From: an uncultured Candidatus Saccharibacteria bacterium
GTDB taxonomy: Bacteria > Patescibacteriota > Minisyncoccia > Phycocordibacterales > SBAW01
DNA length: 64,000 nucleotides
Direction: 5' to 3'
Assembly: GCA_964650645.1 (NCBI GenBank)
Contig: CAZYUH010000001.1
Span: forward strand, 475,099 to 539,098
Program-made: the position numbers and the translations under genes
Shown: positions 43,486 through 53,152 of the stretch, in pieces
How positions within the stretch are numbered: position 1 is the stretch's first letter
Layout: every line of letters starts with the position of its first letter
Notes under the pieces: model-generated
The model's input: the letters and a program-made list of their open reading frames with translations, nothing else
Database searches by the model: none
Told to the model about the DNA's origin: nothing

Positions 43486-44262
43486 TTACTGCGTCTCCGG
43501 AGAGGAAGTGGGCTGGGGCGCGCCGGCCTCGACCGTGCCGCCCGCTGCCGAGCCGCCGGCCGGGGCGACGTCGGCGCCGCCCGGGACCGAGGAGAGGACC
43601 GCGTCAATGGCCGCGCGCATCGAGGAGTACGGCTGGGCGCCCGAGAGCGCTACCGCGTCCTCGCCGACCATGATGAGCGTGTAGGGCGTGCCCTGGCCGC
43701 CGGCCTTTATAGCCTCGTTGTAGCTGTCGGTAATCTTCTTGGTGAACTTGCCTGAAGAAAGGCAGGCGTTGAAGGTGTCGGTGTTAAGGCCGACCTGGCC
43801 CGCGATGACGGGGAGCTGTGCGAGGTCCAGCCCGTTATTGGACGGCGTTACCTCGAACAGCTTGCTGATGTAGGAGAAGTACGCCGTATCGCCGCCCTGG
43901 TCCGCCGCGCACTCGGCCGCCTCGGCTTCTTTAGGGGCCTTGGGGTGGATGGATGCGAGAGGGAAGGGGCGCAGGACCCATGCCACCTTGCCGGAAGGGC
44001 CGTAGTACTCCATTACCTGGTGCATGGTGGCATCGAAGAGCTTGCAGTGCTGGCACTCGAGGTCCATGTACTCGACGACCTTGACCGGCGCGTCCGGGTT
44101 GCCGAGGATGTGGTCCAGGGCAGGGTCGTAGGCGCGCACGTTCTGCGGGTTGTCGGTGTTGGACGGGGTGGCCGTGCCCGACTTGCCGGCCCAGAAGACC
44201 GCGCCCGCGATAACGAGCCCTGCGACGACGATGGTAATAGGCAGTGCGTAATTTCTGTTCAT
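43486..44262 (-). CDS. membrane-anchored DsbA-like thiol:disulfide oxidoreductase (CQHC)
   Basis: N-terminal TM, thioredoxin fold with a CxxC motif, Ala/Gly/Pro-rich C-terminal tail. Confidence 0.7.
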   Translation of the reverse strand: MNRNYALPITIVVAGLVIAGAVFWAGKSGTATPSNTDNPQNVRAYDPALDHILGNPDAPVKVVEYMDLECQHCKLFDATMHQVMEYYGPSGKVAWVLRPFPLASIHPKAPKEAEAAECAADQGGDTAYFSYISKLFEVTPSNNGLDLAQLPVIAGQVGLNTDTFNACLSSGKFTKKITDSYNEAIKAGGQGTPYTLIMVGEDAVALSGAQPYSSMRAAIDAVLSSVPGGADVAPAGGSAAGGTVEAGAPQPTSSPETQ

Positions 44263-44363
44263 ATGGGACTATTGTAGCCCCGCTATGCCCGCCTGCAAAC
44301 TACTTGACACTAATGCTTAATTAATTTTAAATATTCACAGATTTCAAAAACAGGAGTAGTCTT

Positions 44364-44642
44364 GTGACCTTATTCAAACGCCGCATCCTATGCGCCCTTA
44401 TGTTTCTCGCTGGCGCCGCGTTCTGCAATATCGCCTTCCAGTACCTTGGGTTCGTTCCCGGCTTGGTGGTGACCGAGCGCTCCAGCGTCTGCGGGCATGC
44501 AAGGCAAGGGCTGCCGGACTGGGATGCGTTCCTCAACTACGTCAGTTTCGTCGGGCTCCTCCTGCTTTCGTTCGTCCTTATCCAGCAGGTCGTCGAGCGC
44601 GCGGCAGAGAAGCCGCGCAATGGGTATGAGCGGCGCGAATGA
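44364..44642 (+). CDS. small membrane protein (92 aa; GTG start)
   Basis: AGGAG 7 nt before the GTG; promoter TTGACA 44304-44309; terminator hairpin 44654-44689. Confidence 0.4.
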   Translation: MTLFKRRILCALMFLAGAAFCNIAFQYLGFVPGLVVTERSSVCGHARQGLPDWDAFLNYVSFVGLLLLSFVLIQQVVERAAEKPRNGYERRE

Positions 44643-44687
44643 CGCCGCAATGCGGCCCCGCTTCATACGGAAGCGGGGCCTTTTCCT

Positions 44688-45260
44688 TTAAAAGGGGAGC
44701 GTGTGGGTGATGGAGGGCGCGTCGGAAGCCTCCTCCCATTTGGAGGTGTCGAGCTTGATGTCGCGCACGCCGTCGTAATCCTTGTACTTGAGCCTCTTGT
44801 GCTTCATGGCGTAGCGGTACAGCTCGTCGGTTATCGCGACGTCGTCGAGGCAGTACTGCATGACCTTCTCCTTGAGCCCCTGCTTCCACCATTCAACGGC
44901 CTCGAGCCCGTGGCCGGTCTTCTTCTTGCCGAGCGTCGCCTCGGCGACGCCGTCGAGCTTGAGCCTGCGGCCCAATACCGCGCGTATCTCCTTGAGGAGG
45001 TCGACGCTCTTGAACTTCGTGAGGTCGCCGGCGTAGTACTTGTTGAGGATGGGGATGTCGAAGTGGTCCGAGTTGTAGCCCACCAGGAGGTCGGCGCTCT
45101 CCATGAGCGGCCAGAGCTTCCCGAGGTCCTCCTTGTAGTAGCCGGTGAGCTTTTTCGTCTCGGAGTCGTACGCGCCCACGACCGTGACCTCGAGCTGGCT
45201 GAAGTCGCCGTTGCCCTTGAACACCCCCTCCGTTTCTATGTCAAACGTGATGCGCCGCAT
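44688..45260 (-). CDS. DEDD-family 3'-5' exonuclease (RNase H-like fold)
   Basis: Exo motifs FDIETEG, YNSDHFDIP, HGLEAVEWW...YCLDDV; its ATG directly follows the hisS stop. Confidence 0.7.
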   Translation of the reverse strand: MRRITFDIETEGVFKGNGDFSQLEVTVVGAYDSETKKLTGYYKEDLGKLWPLMESADLLVGYNSDHFDIPILNKYYAGDLTKFKSVDLLKEIRAVLGRRLKLDGVAEATLGKKKTGHGLEAVEWWKQGLKEKVMQYCLDDVAITDELYRYAMKHKRLKYKDYDGVRDIKLDTSKWEEASDAPSITHTLPF

Positions 45261-46505
45261 TTAATTATCGTTCAGCAGAAAATCCGCTAACGCCTCAAGG
45301 GGCAGGGTCTCTTCGCGGCCGCTTTCGAGATTGCGCACGGTGTAGTGCCCCTGCGCCAGCTCATCCTCGCCGACGACCATGAGCCACGGGATGCGGTGCC
45401 GGGCGGCGGCCTTTATCTGGTCGCCGAGCTTCTTCTCGCCGAAGTCGACGGCGACGTTGACGCCGGCGCGCCTGAGCGCTCCCGCCAGGGACTGCACCTG
45501 GTAGGCGAGCTCGGGCGAGGGCGTGGCGATGTAGAGCCGGGTGGGCGGGGCGTACGGGGGGATGAGGCCGCGCACCTCGAGGAAGAGCCGCATGGTCTCG
45601 TCGCCCATCCCGAAGCCCGCGCCCGGGAGGGGCTCGTTGTCAAAGAGGCTGGTGAGGTTGTCGTAGCGCCCGCCGCCGAACATCGCGCGGTTGTTATCGG
45701 GGTGCGCGTCGAACACCTCGAAGACCATGCCGGTGTAGTACGCGAAGCCGCGCACGATGGACGGGTCCCAGACGATGTTGCCAAGCCCCGCGTCCCTGAG
45801 CTGGGCGAGCATTTCGGCGATATCCTCCGGCGGCTCCTCGGGCAGTATCGCGCTCTCGGGCACGCTCAATTCGGAGAGCGCGTGGAGGAAGGCCTCGCGC
45901 GGCATCTTCTCGCGCTTGTCCAGGAGCGCGAAGAGCTTCGCGGCATCGCCCTCGCCAAGCCCCAGCTCGGCAATGGCGCCGTTTATGTGGGCGCGCGAGC
46001 CGACGCGGATAATAAAGTCGCTCTCGGACGCGCCGAACGCCATGACCATGCCGTAGGCGACGGCGAGTATCTCGGCGTCGGCCGCGGGGGAGCGCGAGCC
46101 GAACAGGTCCACGTTGAGCTGCCAGAACTCGCGCAGGCGGCCGCGCTGGGGCCGCTCGTAGCGGAAGCAGTTGGGGATGGAATAGTAGCGAAGCGGCATC
46201 CCCAGCTCGCGCCGGCGCGCCGCCACCATGCGCGCCACCGTCGGGGTCATCTCGGGCCTGAGCGTCACCTCGCGCTCGCCGCGGTCCGCGAAGGTGTACG
46301 TCTGCTCGGACACCATTTCCTCGTTGTCGGCGCCCTTCGCGCGGTACAGGCTCGCGGGCTCCAGGATGGACGCCCCGTATTCGACGTAGCCGGCACGTTC
46401 GGCGACCTCGCGCCAGATTTTGAAGATGTAATTCTGGAGCGCCTGGTCCTCGGGATAGAAGTCGCGCACGCCCTTATAGGGCTCGGTAGGGAGTTTTTTG
46501 GACAT
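45261..46505 (-). CDS. hisS: histidine--tRNA ligase
   Basis: Class II motifs (RYYSIPNCFRYERPQRGRLREFWQ), HisRS-specific motifs and anticodon-binding domain. Confidence 0.92.
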   Translation of the reverse strand: MSKKLPTEPYKGVRDFYPEDQALQNYIFKIWREVAERAGYVEYGASILEPASLYRAKGADNEEMVSEQTYTFADRGEREVTLRPEMTPTVARMVAARRRELGMPLRYYSIPNCFRYERPQRGRLREFWQLNVDLFGSRSPAADAEILAVAYGMVMAFGASESDFIIRVGSRAHINGAIAELGLGEGDAAKLFALLDKREKMPREAFLHALSELSVPESAILPEEPPEDIAEMLAQLRDAGLGNIVWDPSIVRGFAYYTGMVFEVFDAHPDNNRAMFGGGRYDNLTSLFDNEPLPGAGFGMGDETMRLFLEVRGLIPPYAPPTRLYIATPSPELAYQVQSLAGALRRAGVNVAVDFGEKKLGDQIKAAARHRIPWLMVVGEDELAQGHYTVRNLESGREETLPLEALADFLLNDN

Positions 46506-46639
46506 GTTTTGGAAATTCGGGGCCTTGCTGGTATTCTAGCAGTAATATGAGGGGTTTGCCTCATACGGCGGCCTGCTTTCCCGGAGGAAAGCGGCGCCTT
46601 TCCGCCCCGCCGCCCCAGGCCACGGACGATATTCTGCAC

Positions 46640-47434
46640 ATGCCCGGTACTCCTCCCATCAAACGAAATACCTCAGGACAAGTCCTCAATCTCTACAAGA
46701 AGCTCGGCGAGACGCCCCGGGAGCGCCTTGAGCGCCTCCGCGCGCAGAAGCCCCACTATGCGCACGAAGTCCTTTCCTACGCCGGGCGGCTCGACCCCAT
46801 GGCCGAGGGCGTCCTCTTGTGCCTCGTAGGCTCGGCCAACAAGCGCCGCGATGCGTACCTTGACCTGTCCAAGGAGTACGTGCTCGACATACTCTTCGGA
46901 TTCTCCACCGATACGTACGACATCCTGGGGCGCGTCATGGAGACGGGCGACGCGTCGGGCCTGAGCAAGAAGCTGCTCCTGCGGGCGCTCGATGAGTTCA
47001 GGGGGCAGCTGAGCCAGGAGTATCCGCCGTACTCGAGCAAGCCGGTGGAGGGCAAGTCGCTGTTCGAGTGGGCGCGCGCCAACGCGCTGTCCTCCATACT
47101 CCTGCCGACCCGCAGCGTGACCATATACGACATCGAGATAGAGAAGCTCTACAAGGTGAAGGAGCCGCAGCTTTTGCAGTACATAGAGGAGAGCGTCGGC
47201 CGCGTCGGCGGCGACTTCAGGCAGGAGGAGATACTCGCGGCCTGGCACAAGAACCTCAAGAAGAAGGGCGACCGCGAGTTCCCGTGCGCGACGGTGCGCA
47301 TCGCCTGTTCCTCCGGCACCTACGCACGCTCCATTGCTCACGGCGTCGGAGGGCACCTGGGCGTCCCCGCGCTCGCGCTCCATATTTTGCGCACCCGGGC
47401 GGGGGAGTACGAGGTAGAAAAGAGCCTCAAATAG
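46640..47434 (+). CDS. truB: tRNA pseudouridine55 synthase (PUA domain absent)
   Basis: Catalytic Asp motif GRLDPMAEGVLLCLVG; start at internal ATG 46640. Confidence 0.82.
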   Translation: MPGTPPIKRNTSGQVLNLYKKLGETPRERLERLRAQKPHYAHEVLSYAGRLDPMAEGVLLCLVGSANKRRDAYLDLSKEYVLDILFGFSTDTYDILGRVMETGDASGLSKKLLLRALDEFRGQLSQEYPPYSSKPVEGKSLFEWARANALSSILLPTRSVTIYDIEIEKLYKVKEPQLLQYIEESVGRVGGDFRQEEILAAWHKNLKKKGDREFPCATVRIACSSGTYARSIAHGVGGHLGVPALALHILRTRAGEYEVEKSLK

Positions 47435-47479
47435 CCTGCCGGAGCGGCGCCTGTACAAAACGGGCCGCGCGGGGTATTT

Positions 47480-48088
47480 TTGCAATGGAGTATCCGCAAT
47501 AGAGCCCGGGAGGAGCCTTTGGCATTGGCATTCAAGAGGGCGCCCCTGGCGCCGACAGTACGCGAGTCCGGCTGGACGGCCGTCGGGTTTCCCGACTCGT
47601 ATTCCATCGCGCTCGAGGCGTGCGTGCGCCCGTCGGACTCGCTAGAGTCCGCCATAGCAAGCGGCGCGGGCGACACGTCGGGGCTGGTGTCCGAGCGGCT
47701 ATGCCGCGCGCAGGAAGAGGCTCCCAGGGAGTCCGGCCGCCCGCGCAGGGAGGTCCTGCTCGTGTGCTTCGGCGCGTTCGTGAGGCAGCGCGTCTTCGAT
47801 AAATTCGCCGCGCAGGTCATGAGCGAGGAAGGAGTGCGGTACATGGGGCTCAGGACCCTGCTTGCCATCGGGAGCCAGCACGGCGACCTGTGCCGCGCAC
47901 GGGGAATGAGCCGCATGCGGCTCGTGTCCCTGGCGCGCCACGTGCAGCACGATTCCTTATGGCGCGTTCCCGTGCTCCATCAGGAGGACTGGGGGGACGG
48001 CATTGCCAGCGCGCTGAAGCTCGAGCCGTATGACTACGGCTGGAGCGCCGAGCACGTGTTCGGGTTCGAGAGGGACGCGGACACATGA
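47480..48088 (+). CDS. hypothetical protein (TTG start; uncertain)
   Basis: Only long ORF with coding-like GC3 and balanced composition in this gap; followed by a +-oriented terminator (48108-48148); no RBS or ATG start seen. Confidence 0.3.
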   Translation: MQWSIRNRAREEPLALAFKRAPLAPTVRESGWTAVGFPDSYSIALEACVRPSDSLESAIASGAGDTSGLVSERLCRAQEEAPRESGRPRREVLLVCFGAFVRQRVFDKFAAQVMSEEGVRYMGLRTLLAIGSQHGDLCRARGMSRMRLVSLARHVQHDSLWRVPVLHQEDWGDGIASALKLEPYDYGWSAEHVFGFERDADT

Positions 48089-48107
48089 AGCAGACGCGCT
48101 TCGGGCC

Positions 48108-48148
48108 GCGCTCATGCGCAAGGAAAGGCCGCCCCTTCGGGGCGGCCT
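48108..48148. terminator. bidirectional terminator (GGCCGCCCC-ttcg-GGGGCGGCC + TTTATTTTT)
   Basis: Perfect 9-bp hairpin between 47480..48088 (+) and nrdB (-). Confidence 0.7.
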
Positions 48149-48173
48149 TTATTTTTCCAAGAAGGGGGCGGCC

Positions 48174-49166
48174 CTACCAATCGAGTTCGCCGGTCTTGTA
48201 CTCGGTCACGCGCGTCTCGAAGAAGTTCTTCTCCTTGGGCATGTCCATTATCTCGCTCATCCACGGGAAGGGGTTGTCCTTGTGGTACTGGCGCTCGAGC
48301 CCGATGCGCTCCAGGCGTCTGTCGGCAATATGCTCGACGTACTGCTTGACCGTCGCGGGCACGAGGCCCACCACGCCGCGCGGCAGGGCGTCATCGGCGT
48401 ACTTCTTCTCGAGCTCGACGGCGGCCTTTATGTTGTCGGTGAGCGTCTTCCTGAACTCGGGCGTCCATATCTCAGGGTTCTCCTGCACTATCGTGTTGAT
48501 GAGGTCGACGCCGAACGCGAGGTGCACCGATTCGTCGCGCAGGATGAACTGGAACTGCTCGCCGATGCCGACCATGCGGTTCTTGCGGAGCATCGAGAGC
48601 ATCATCGCGAAGCCGGCGTAGAAGAACACGCCCTCCATGATGACGTAGAAGCCTACGAGGTCGTGCACGAACTTCTGGATGTTCTCGGTGCCCTGGGTGG
48701 TGAAGCTGTCGTCGAACACCGACTTGGTGAGGTTGACCACGAACTCGTCCTTCTCCTTGATGGAGGGGATGGTCTCGTACATCTTGTATATCTCGTCGGG
48801 GTTGAGGCCGAGCGTGTCGCAGCAGTAGATGAACGTGTCGGTGTGCACGGCCTCCTCGTAGGCCTGGCGCAGGAGGTACTGGCGGCACTCGGGGTTGGTG
48901 ATGTGCTTGTAAATGGCCAGCACGAGGTTGTTGGCGGTCAGCGACTCGGCCGTCGAGAAGAACCCGAGGTTCCACAGTATCATGCGGCGCTCGTCCTCGG
49001 AGAGCGCGCCCGGCTTCTTCCAGAGCTCTACGTCCTGCTGCATGGACACCTCCTCGGGCACCCAGTTGTTGGCGACGCCCTTCTTGTAGTGCGTGCGCGC
49101 CCACTTGTACTTCATCGGCAGGATCTTGTTCGGATCCGTCGTGCTTGCGCCGTTTATCACTCCCAT
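48174..49166 (-). CDS. nrdB: ribonucleotide reductase class Ia beta (small) subunit
   Basis: Di-iron ligand motifs (EEAVHTDTF...MEGVFFYAGFA...RDESVHLAF), conserved Tyr-radical region. Confidence 0.9.
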   Translation of the reverse strand: MGVINGASTTDPNKILPMKYKWARTHYKKGVANNWVPEEVSMQQDVELWKKPGALSEDERRMILWNLGFFSTAESLTANNLVLAIYKHITNPECRQYLLRQAYEEAVHTDTFIYCCDTLGLNPDEIYKMYETIPSIKEKDEFVVNLTKSVFDDSFTTQGTENIQKFVHDLVGFYVIMEGVFFYAGFAMMLSMLRKNRMVGIGEQFQFILRDESVHLAFGVDLINTIVQENPEIWTPEFRKTLTDNIKAAVELEKKYADDALPRGVVGLVPATVKQYVEHIADRRLERIGLERQYHKDNPFPWMSEIMDMPKEKNFFETRVTEYKTGELDW

Positions 49167-49368
49167 ACCGCGTGGCTGAAATTTAATCGGTTCATTGGCT
49201 TTATTTTACCCGCCCCGCATGGGGCGGGGCAAGTATAATCCATATAGCGGCACTTATTTCTCCCCGTGCAAGGAGTTGACACCGTGCTTCGGGAGGTGTG
49301 TAATAGCTCATGGACTGACGCGGGCCCATAAAAGGGCCCTCGTATCCTTTGCTCGAGAGGGGGAGAGT

Positions 49369-49680
49369 ATGGATTTTAATATAAATGTTCTTATCGCGCT
49401 GTCGGGGCTCGCGCTCCTGTGCGTCTGCCTTGCCGTCCACGGATATGTGCAGGCGGAGATCGGCCTGTTTTTCCTAGCGGGCCTCGTGTCTCCCGAGTCC
49501 GGCCTGCACGAGGTGCGGCCGCTGCGCCTGCCCAAGATCGATGCGCTCGACCTGCGGGGCGGCTCCGAGTTCGAGCGCTTCCTCGCCGCCCGGCTCAGGA
49601 AAAGGGAGCTTGAGCGCGCCGCTGCGCCCAGGCCCGGCGGGTTCGAGCCGTTCCCGCCCGGCTGGTATGCCGCCTGCTAG
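49369..49680 (+). CDS. small membrane protein (103 aa) encoded between nrdA and nrdB on the opposite strand
   Basis: Promoter TTGACA-17-TGTAAT (49276-49304), strong purine RBS GAGAGGGGGAGAG before ATG 49369, TM helix LIALSGLALLCVCLAV. Confidence 0.4.
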   Translation: MDFNINVLIALSGLALLCVCLAVHGYVQAEIGLFFLAGLVSPESGLHEVRPLRLPKIDALDLRGGSEFERFLAARLRKRELERAAAPRPGGFEPFPPGWYAAC

Positions 49681-49756
49681 GGCCTGTGCGGCCAAAAGGC
49701 CCAAACGAAAAGACCCCGCGTCTAGTTTGGGGCCTTTTCTTTATGTATTCGCTTGG

Positions 49757-52700
49757 TTACGCGCTGCAGGACTCGCAGGCCTCGCTCAATACTTCGAGCT
49801 TGGGGCGGTTCGTCACCGCGACCTTTCCGGCGCCGAACGAGGGGATGCCGGCCGAGCCGCCCAAGGGCGACGCGGCGGCCGCTTCGAACATCGAGCCCGG
49901 GGCGTACGGCGCCTGCTTTGCCTGCTCGATGAGCTCCAGCTGGCCCGCCGCGACCTGCTCGTTCTCCACCTCGGCGACCACCTGGCCGACGCTCATCATC
50001 GAGACGGCTTCCTGGGCGCTGTGCGCGTGCATGGCCTGCGCCATGAGGGTGTCCTGGCTTACCGCGGCCGCGGTTTCCTGCAGTGTCACCGGGCTTGGCA
50101 TGGGCGCCGGGGAGGGCGCTCCCGTGCCTGCGCCGGCGGCGTGCTTGGCGCTGTCTATAGTCGACTTCTCGACGCGCGACGCGCCGAGCGAGCGCAGGTA
50201 GTAGGTGGTCTTCAATCCCATGCTCCACGCGTACTGGTAGATTTCCGAGAGCACGCGGCCCGAGGTGCCGCCGTAGAATATGTTCAAGGACTGCGACTGG
50301 TCGATCCAGCGGCCGCGGTAGGCGGCGGCCTTGATGAGCCACTGCGGCTCCATCTCGAACACCTCCTTGTACTTCTCGCGCACCTGCGGCGGGATTTCCA
50401 GTATCGACTGCACGGAGCCGTCGTGGAACTTGATCTTCTCGAGCATGTCCTGGTTCCACAGCCCGAGCGCCTTGAGGTCGGCAACGAGGAACTCGTTGAC
50501 TATCATGAAGTCGCCGGCCATGTTGGACTTCACGTAGATGTTCTTGTAAATGGGCTCGACGGTGGGATAGCAGCCGGCGATGTTGGCCGTGGTGGCCGTG
50601 GGCGCGTGGGCCTGGGTGTTGGAGTTGCGCATGCCCCACTGGCGCACGGCCTCGCGCACCAGGCGCCAGTCGAGCGTCTCGTGGCGCGGCACGTCAATCT
50701 TCTGGCCGCGCTCCTGCTCCAAGAGGGCGAGCGTGTCCTGCGGGAGTATGCCGCGGTCCCACTTGGAGCCCTTGTAGGTCTCGTAGGTGCCGCGCTCCTT
50801 GGCGAGCAGGGCGGAGGAGAGCACCGCGTGGTAGGAGATGACCTCCTGGCTCTCGTCGCTGAACTTGACCGCCTGGTCGGTATCGAAGTTGATGCCCATC
50901 TTGTAGAGCGCGTCCATGAGCCCGCGAAGCCCTAAGCCCACGGGGCGGTGGCGCATGTTGGAGTTCTTCGTCTTTTCGGTCGGGTAGAAGTTGACGTCGA
51001 TGACGTTGTCGAGCATGCGCATGGCGACCGGCACCACGCGCGCCACCAGGTCGCGGTCGAACTTAGCGTCGGCAGTCACGAAGGCGCCGAGGTTGAGGCT
51101 CCCGAGGTTGCACACGGCGGTCTCGGTCTTGCTGGTGTTGAGCGTTATCTCGGTGCAGAGGTTGGAGGAGTGCACGACGCCCACGTGGTCCTGAGGCGAG
51201 CGCACGTTGGAGGGGTCCTTCCATGTTATCCACGGGTGGCCCGTCTCGAAGAGCATGGTGATGTGCTTGCGCCACAGCTCCTGCGCGCGGATGACCTTAT
51301 GGAGCTTTATCTTCCCCTCCTGGGCCATCTGCTCGTAGCGCTCGTACGCCTCGTCGAAGCGCTTGCCGTACAGGTCGTGGAGGTCGACGACGTCCGACGG
51401 GCTGAACAGCGTCCATGTGCCGTCCTCCTTCAGGCGCTTCATGAACAAATCCGGTATCCAGGTAGCGGTGTTGAGGTCGTGCGCGCGGCGGCGCTCGTCG
51501 CCGGTGTTCTTGCGCAGGTCGATGAAGTCCTCTATTTCAAGGTGCCAGTACTCGAGGTACACGGCCGTGGCGCCGCGGCGGCGCCCCGAGCGGTTGATGG
51601 AGATGGTGACGTCGTTCTGGATGCGCAGGAACGGCACCACGCCCTGGCTTTCCACGCCGGTCTTCGATACCAGCGAGCCCGCGGCGCGGATGTAGGACCA
51701 GTCGACGCCCAGGCCGCCCGCGTACTTCAAAAGCTGGGCGCCGTCCTTGTACTCGTCGAATATGGAATGGAGGTCGTCCGGCACGGTGGAAAGGAAGCAC
51801 GAGGAGAGCTGGGGCACGGTGGTGCCGGCATGGTAGAGCGTGGGGGAGGACGGCATGTAGTACATGGCCGACATTATCTCGTAGAACTCTATGGCCTGGG
51901 CCTCGCGCGCCTCGGGTGTCTTCTCGGCCAGGGCGCAGCCCATGGCGACGCGCATCCAGAACATCTGCGGGGTCTCGAGGAGCTTGCGGGTCTTCACTTC
52001 CTTTGAAAGGTAGTTGGAGTGCAGGGTCTGGAGGCCGAGGTACTTGAAGTCGTTGTCGCGCTCGATGACGAGGGCGTCGGCGAGCTTGGCCAAGTCGAAC
52101 GAAAGAAGCTCCTTGTCAAACCAGCCGGTCTCGACGCCGCGGGCAATATTGCGCGCGAAGGCCGCCTTGTGCTCGTCCTCGAGCTTTGAGTAGTCGGCTA
52201 TGTCGCCTATGGCCTCGCGGTACATGTGCTGCAAAAGGAGGCGCGCGGCGACGTAGGAGTAGGCCGGGTCGCGCTCGATGAGCGAGCGGGTCACCATGAT
52301 GAGCACGTCGTGGATGTCCTTGGTCTTGATGCCGTCGTACATTTCCTGGCGCACGCGCGATATGACGGTCGGCGCGTCGATGACGCTCTCGTAGCCCGCA
52401 GAGGCGAACGCGAGGGTGCGCGCGAGCTTCGCCTCGGAGAAGGGCTCGCGGGCGCCGCCGCGCTTCTCAATAAGAAGGGCGTTCTCCTCTATCTTCTCCG
52501 CGACCTCCTGCTTTGCCTCCTCGCGGGCCTTGGCGTGCTCGTAGCGGTAGATGATGTAGTCCTTGGCGACGCCGAAGTACCCGCGCTCCATGAGCGCGTT
52601 CTCAACGAGGTCCTGCACGTCCTCGACGGTGGGGATGAACGCCGTGTTGCCGTACTTTGCTTCCAGGGTATCGACGACCGCCTTGGTAATGGCGATGGCG

Positions 52701-52819
52701 TCGCGGTCGTGGCTGTCGCCCAGCACTGCGGCGAACGCCTTCTGCACCGCGACGGTTATCTTTGCGGGCTCGAAATCCGCTATGGACCCGTTGCGCTTCT
52801 TGACTTTAGGCGTTGCCAT
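49757..52819 (-). CDS. nrdA: ribonucleotide reductase class Ia alpha subunit (ATP-cone N-terminus, long low-complexity C-terminal tail ending CESCSA)
   Basis: ATP-cone VKKRNGSIADFEPAKI; active-site region NLCTEI...; C-terminal redox Cys pair. Confidence 0.95.
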   Translation of the reverse strand: MATPKVKKRNGSIADFEPAKITVAVQKAFAAVLGDSHDRDAIAITKAVVDTLEAKYGNTAFIPTVEDVQDLVENALMERGYFGVAKDYIIYRYEHAKAREEAKQEVAEKIEENALLIEKRGGAREPFSEAKLARTLAFASAGYESVIDAPTVISRVRQEMYDGIKTKDIHDVLIMVTRSLIERDPAYSYVAARLLLQHMYREAIGDIADYSKLEDEHKAAFARNIARGVETGWFDKELLSFDLAKLADALVIERDNDFKYLGLQTLHSNYLSKEVKTRKLLETPQMFWMRVAMGCALAEKTPEAREAQAIEFYEIMSAMYYMPSSPTLYHAGTTVPQLSSCFLSTVPDDLHSIFDEYKDGAQLLKYAGGLGVDWSYIRAAGSLVSKTGVESQGVVPFLRIQNDVTISINRSGRRRGATAVYLEYWHLEIEDFIDLRKNTGDERRRAHDLNTATWIPDLFMKRLKEDGTWTLFSPSDVVDLHDLYGKRFDEAYERYEQMAQEGKIKLHKVIRAQELWRKHITMLFETGHPWITWKDPSNVRSPQDHVGVVHSSNLCTEITLNTSKTETAVCNLGSLNLGAFVTADAKFDRDLVARVVPVAMRMLDNVIDVNFYPTEKTKNSNMRHRPVGLGLRGLMDALYKMGINFDTDQAVKFSDESQEVISYHAVLSSALLAKERGTYETYKGSKWDRGILPQDTLALLEQERGQKIDVPRHETLDWRLVREAVRQWGMRNSNTQAHAPTATTANIAGCYPTVEPIYKNIYVKSNMAGDFMIVNEFLVADLKALGLWNQDMLEKIKFHDGSVQSILEIPPQVREKYKEVFEMEPQWLIKAAAYRGRWIDQSQSLNIFYGGTSGRVLSEIYQYAWSMGLKTTYYLRSLGASRVEKSTIDSAKHAAGAGTGAPSPAPMPSPVTLQETAAAVSQDTLMAQAMHAHSAQEAVSMMSVGQVVAEVENEQVAAGQLELIEQAKQAPYAPGSMFEAAAASPLGGSAGIPSFGAGKVAVTNRPKLEVLSEACESCSA

Positions 52820-53069
52820 GATGGGAAGGGGGAATTAGGTGCTAAAAATGACTCCTCGTGCTCCTGCGAAGTATCGTAGGAGTTTCATTATCGCCCCGCG
52901 CGCGTGAAATCGGCCTGTGCATAACCAATCAGAGAACCAAATTCATCAAAATGCAACCAATTTTGCGCGAAACGGCGCAAAAGCGGGCCTTTTTGCCCTA
53001 AAAATGCCTTGTTTTTGGCTGTTTTCTCCCACCGCGAATGAGGGGCTAGTTGGGCTGTTTTGGGGTGTA

Positions 53070-53098
53070 TTGACAAATAGTTTTATAGGGTGTATAAT
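53070..53098 (+). promoter_or_regulatory. consensus promoter TTGACA-17-TATAAT
   Basis: Drives the small membrane gene at 53153; lies in an AT-richer patch (52880-53140). Confidence 0.65.
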
Positions 53099-53152
53099 TA
53101 GTGTGAAGTGGGCAGATAGGCTGTTCACGTTTTTCCGATGGGGGTAATTAGA

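Noticed and set aside
47338-47916. 192-aa minus ORF overlapping 47480..48088
   Set aside because: Ser/Arg/Ala-rich low-complexity translation; the + strand ORF is more protein-like and is followed by a +-oriented terminator.
52880-53070. Possible NrdR boxes or cobalamin riboswitch upstream of nrdA
   Set aside because: No 16-bp ACAC...GTGT palindrome pair with correct spacing and no B12-box-like consensus found by eye; left as an unexplained AT-richer leader.
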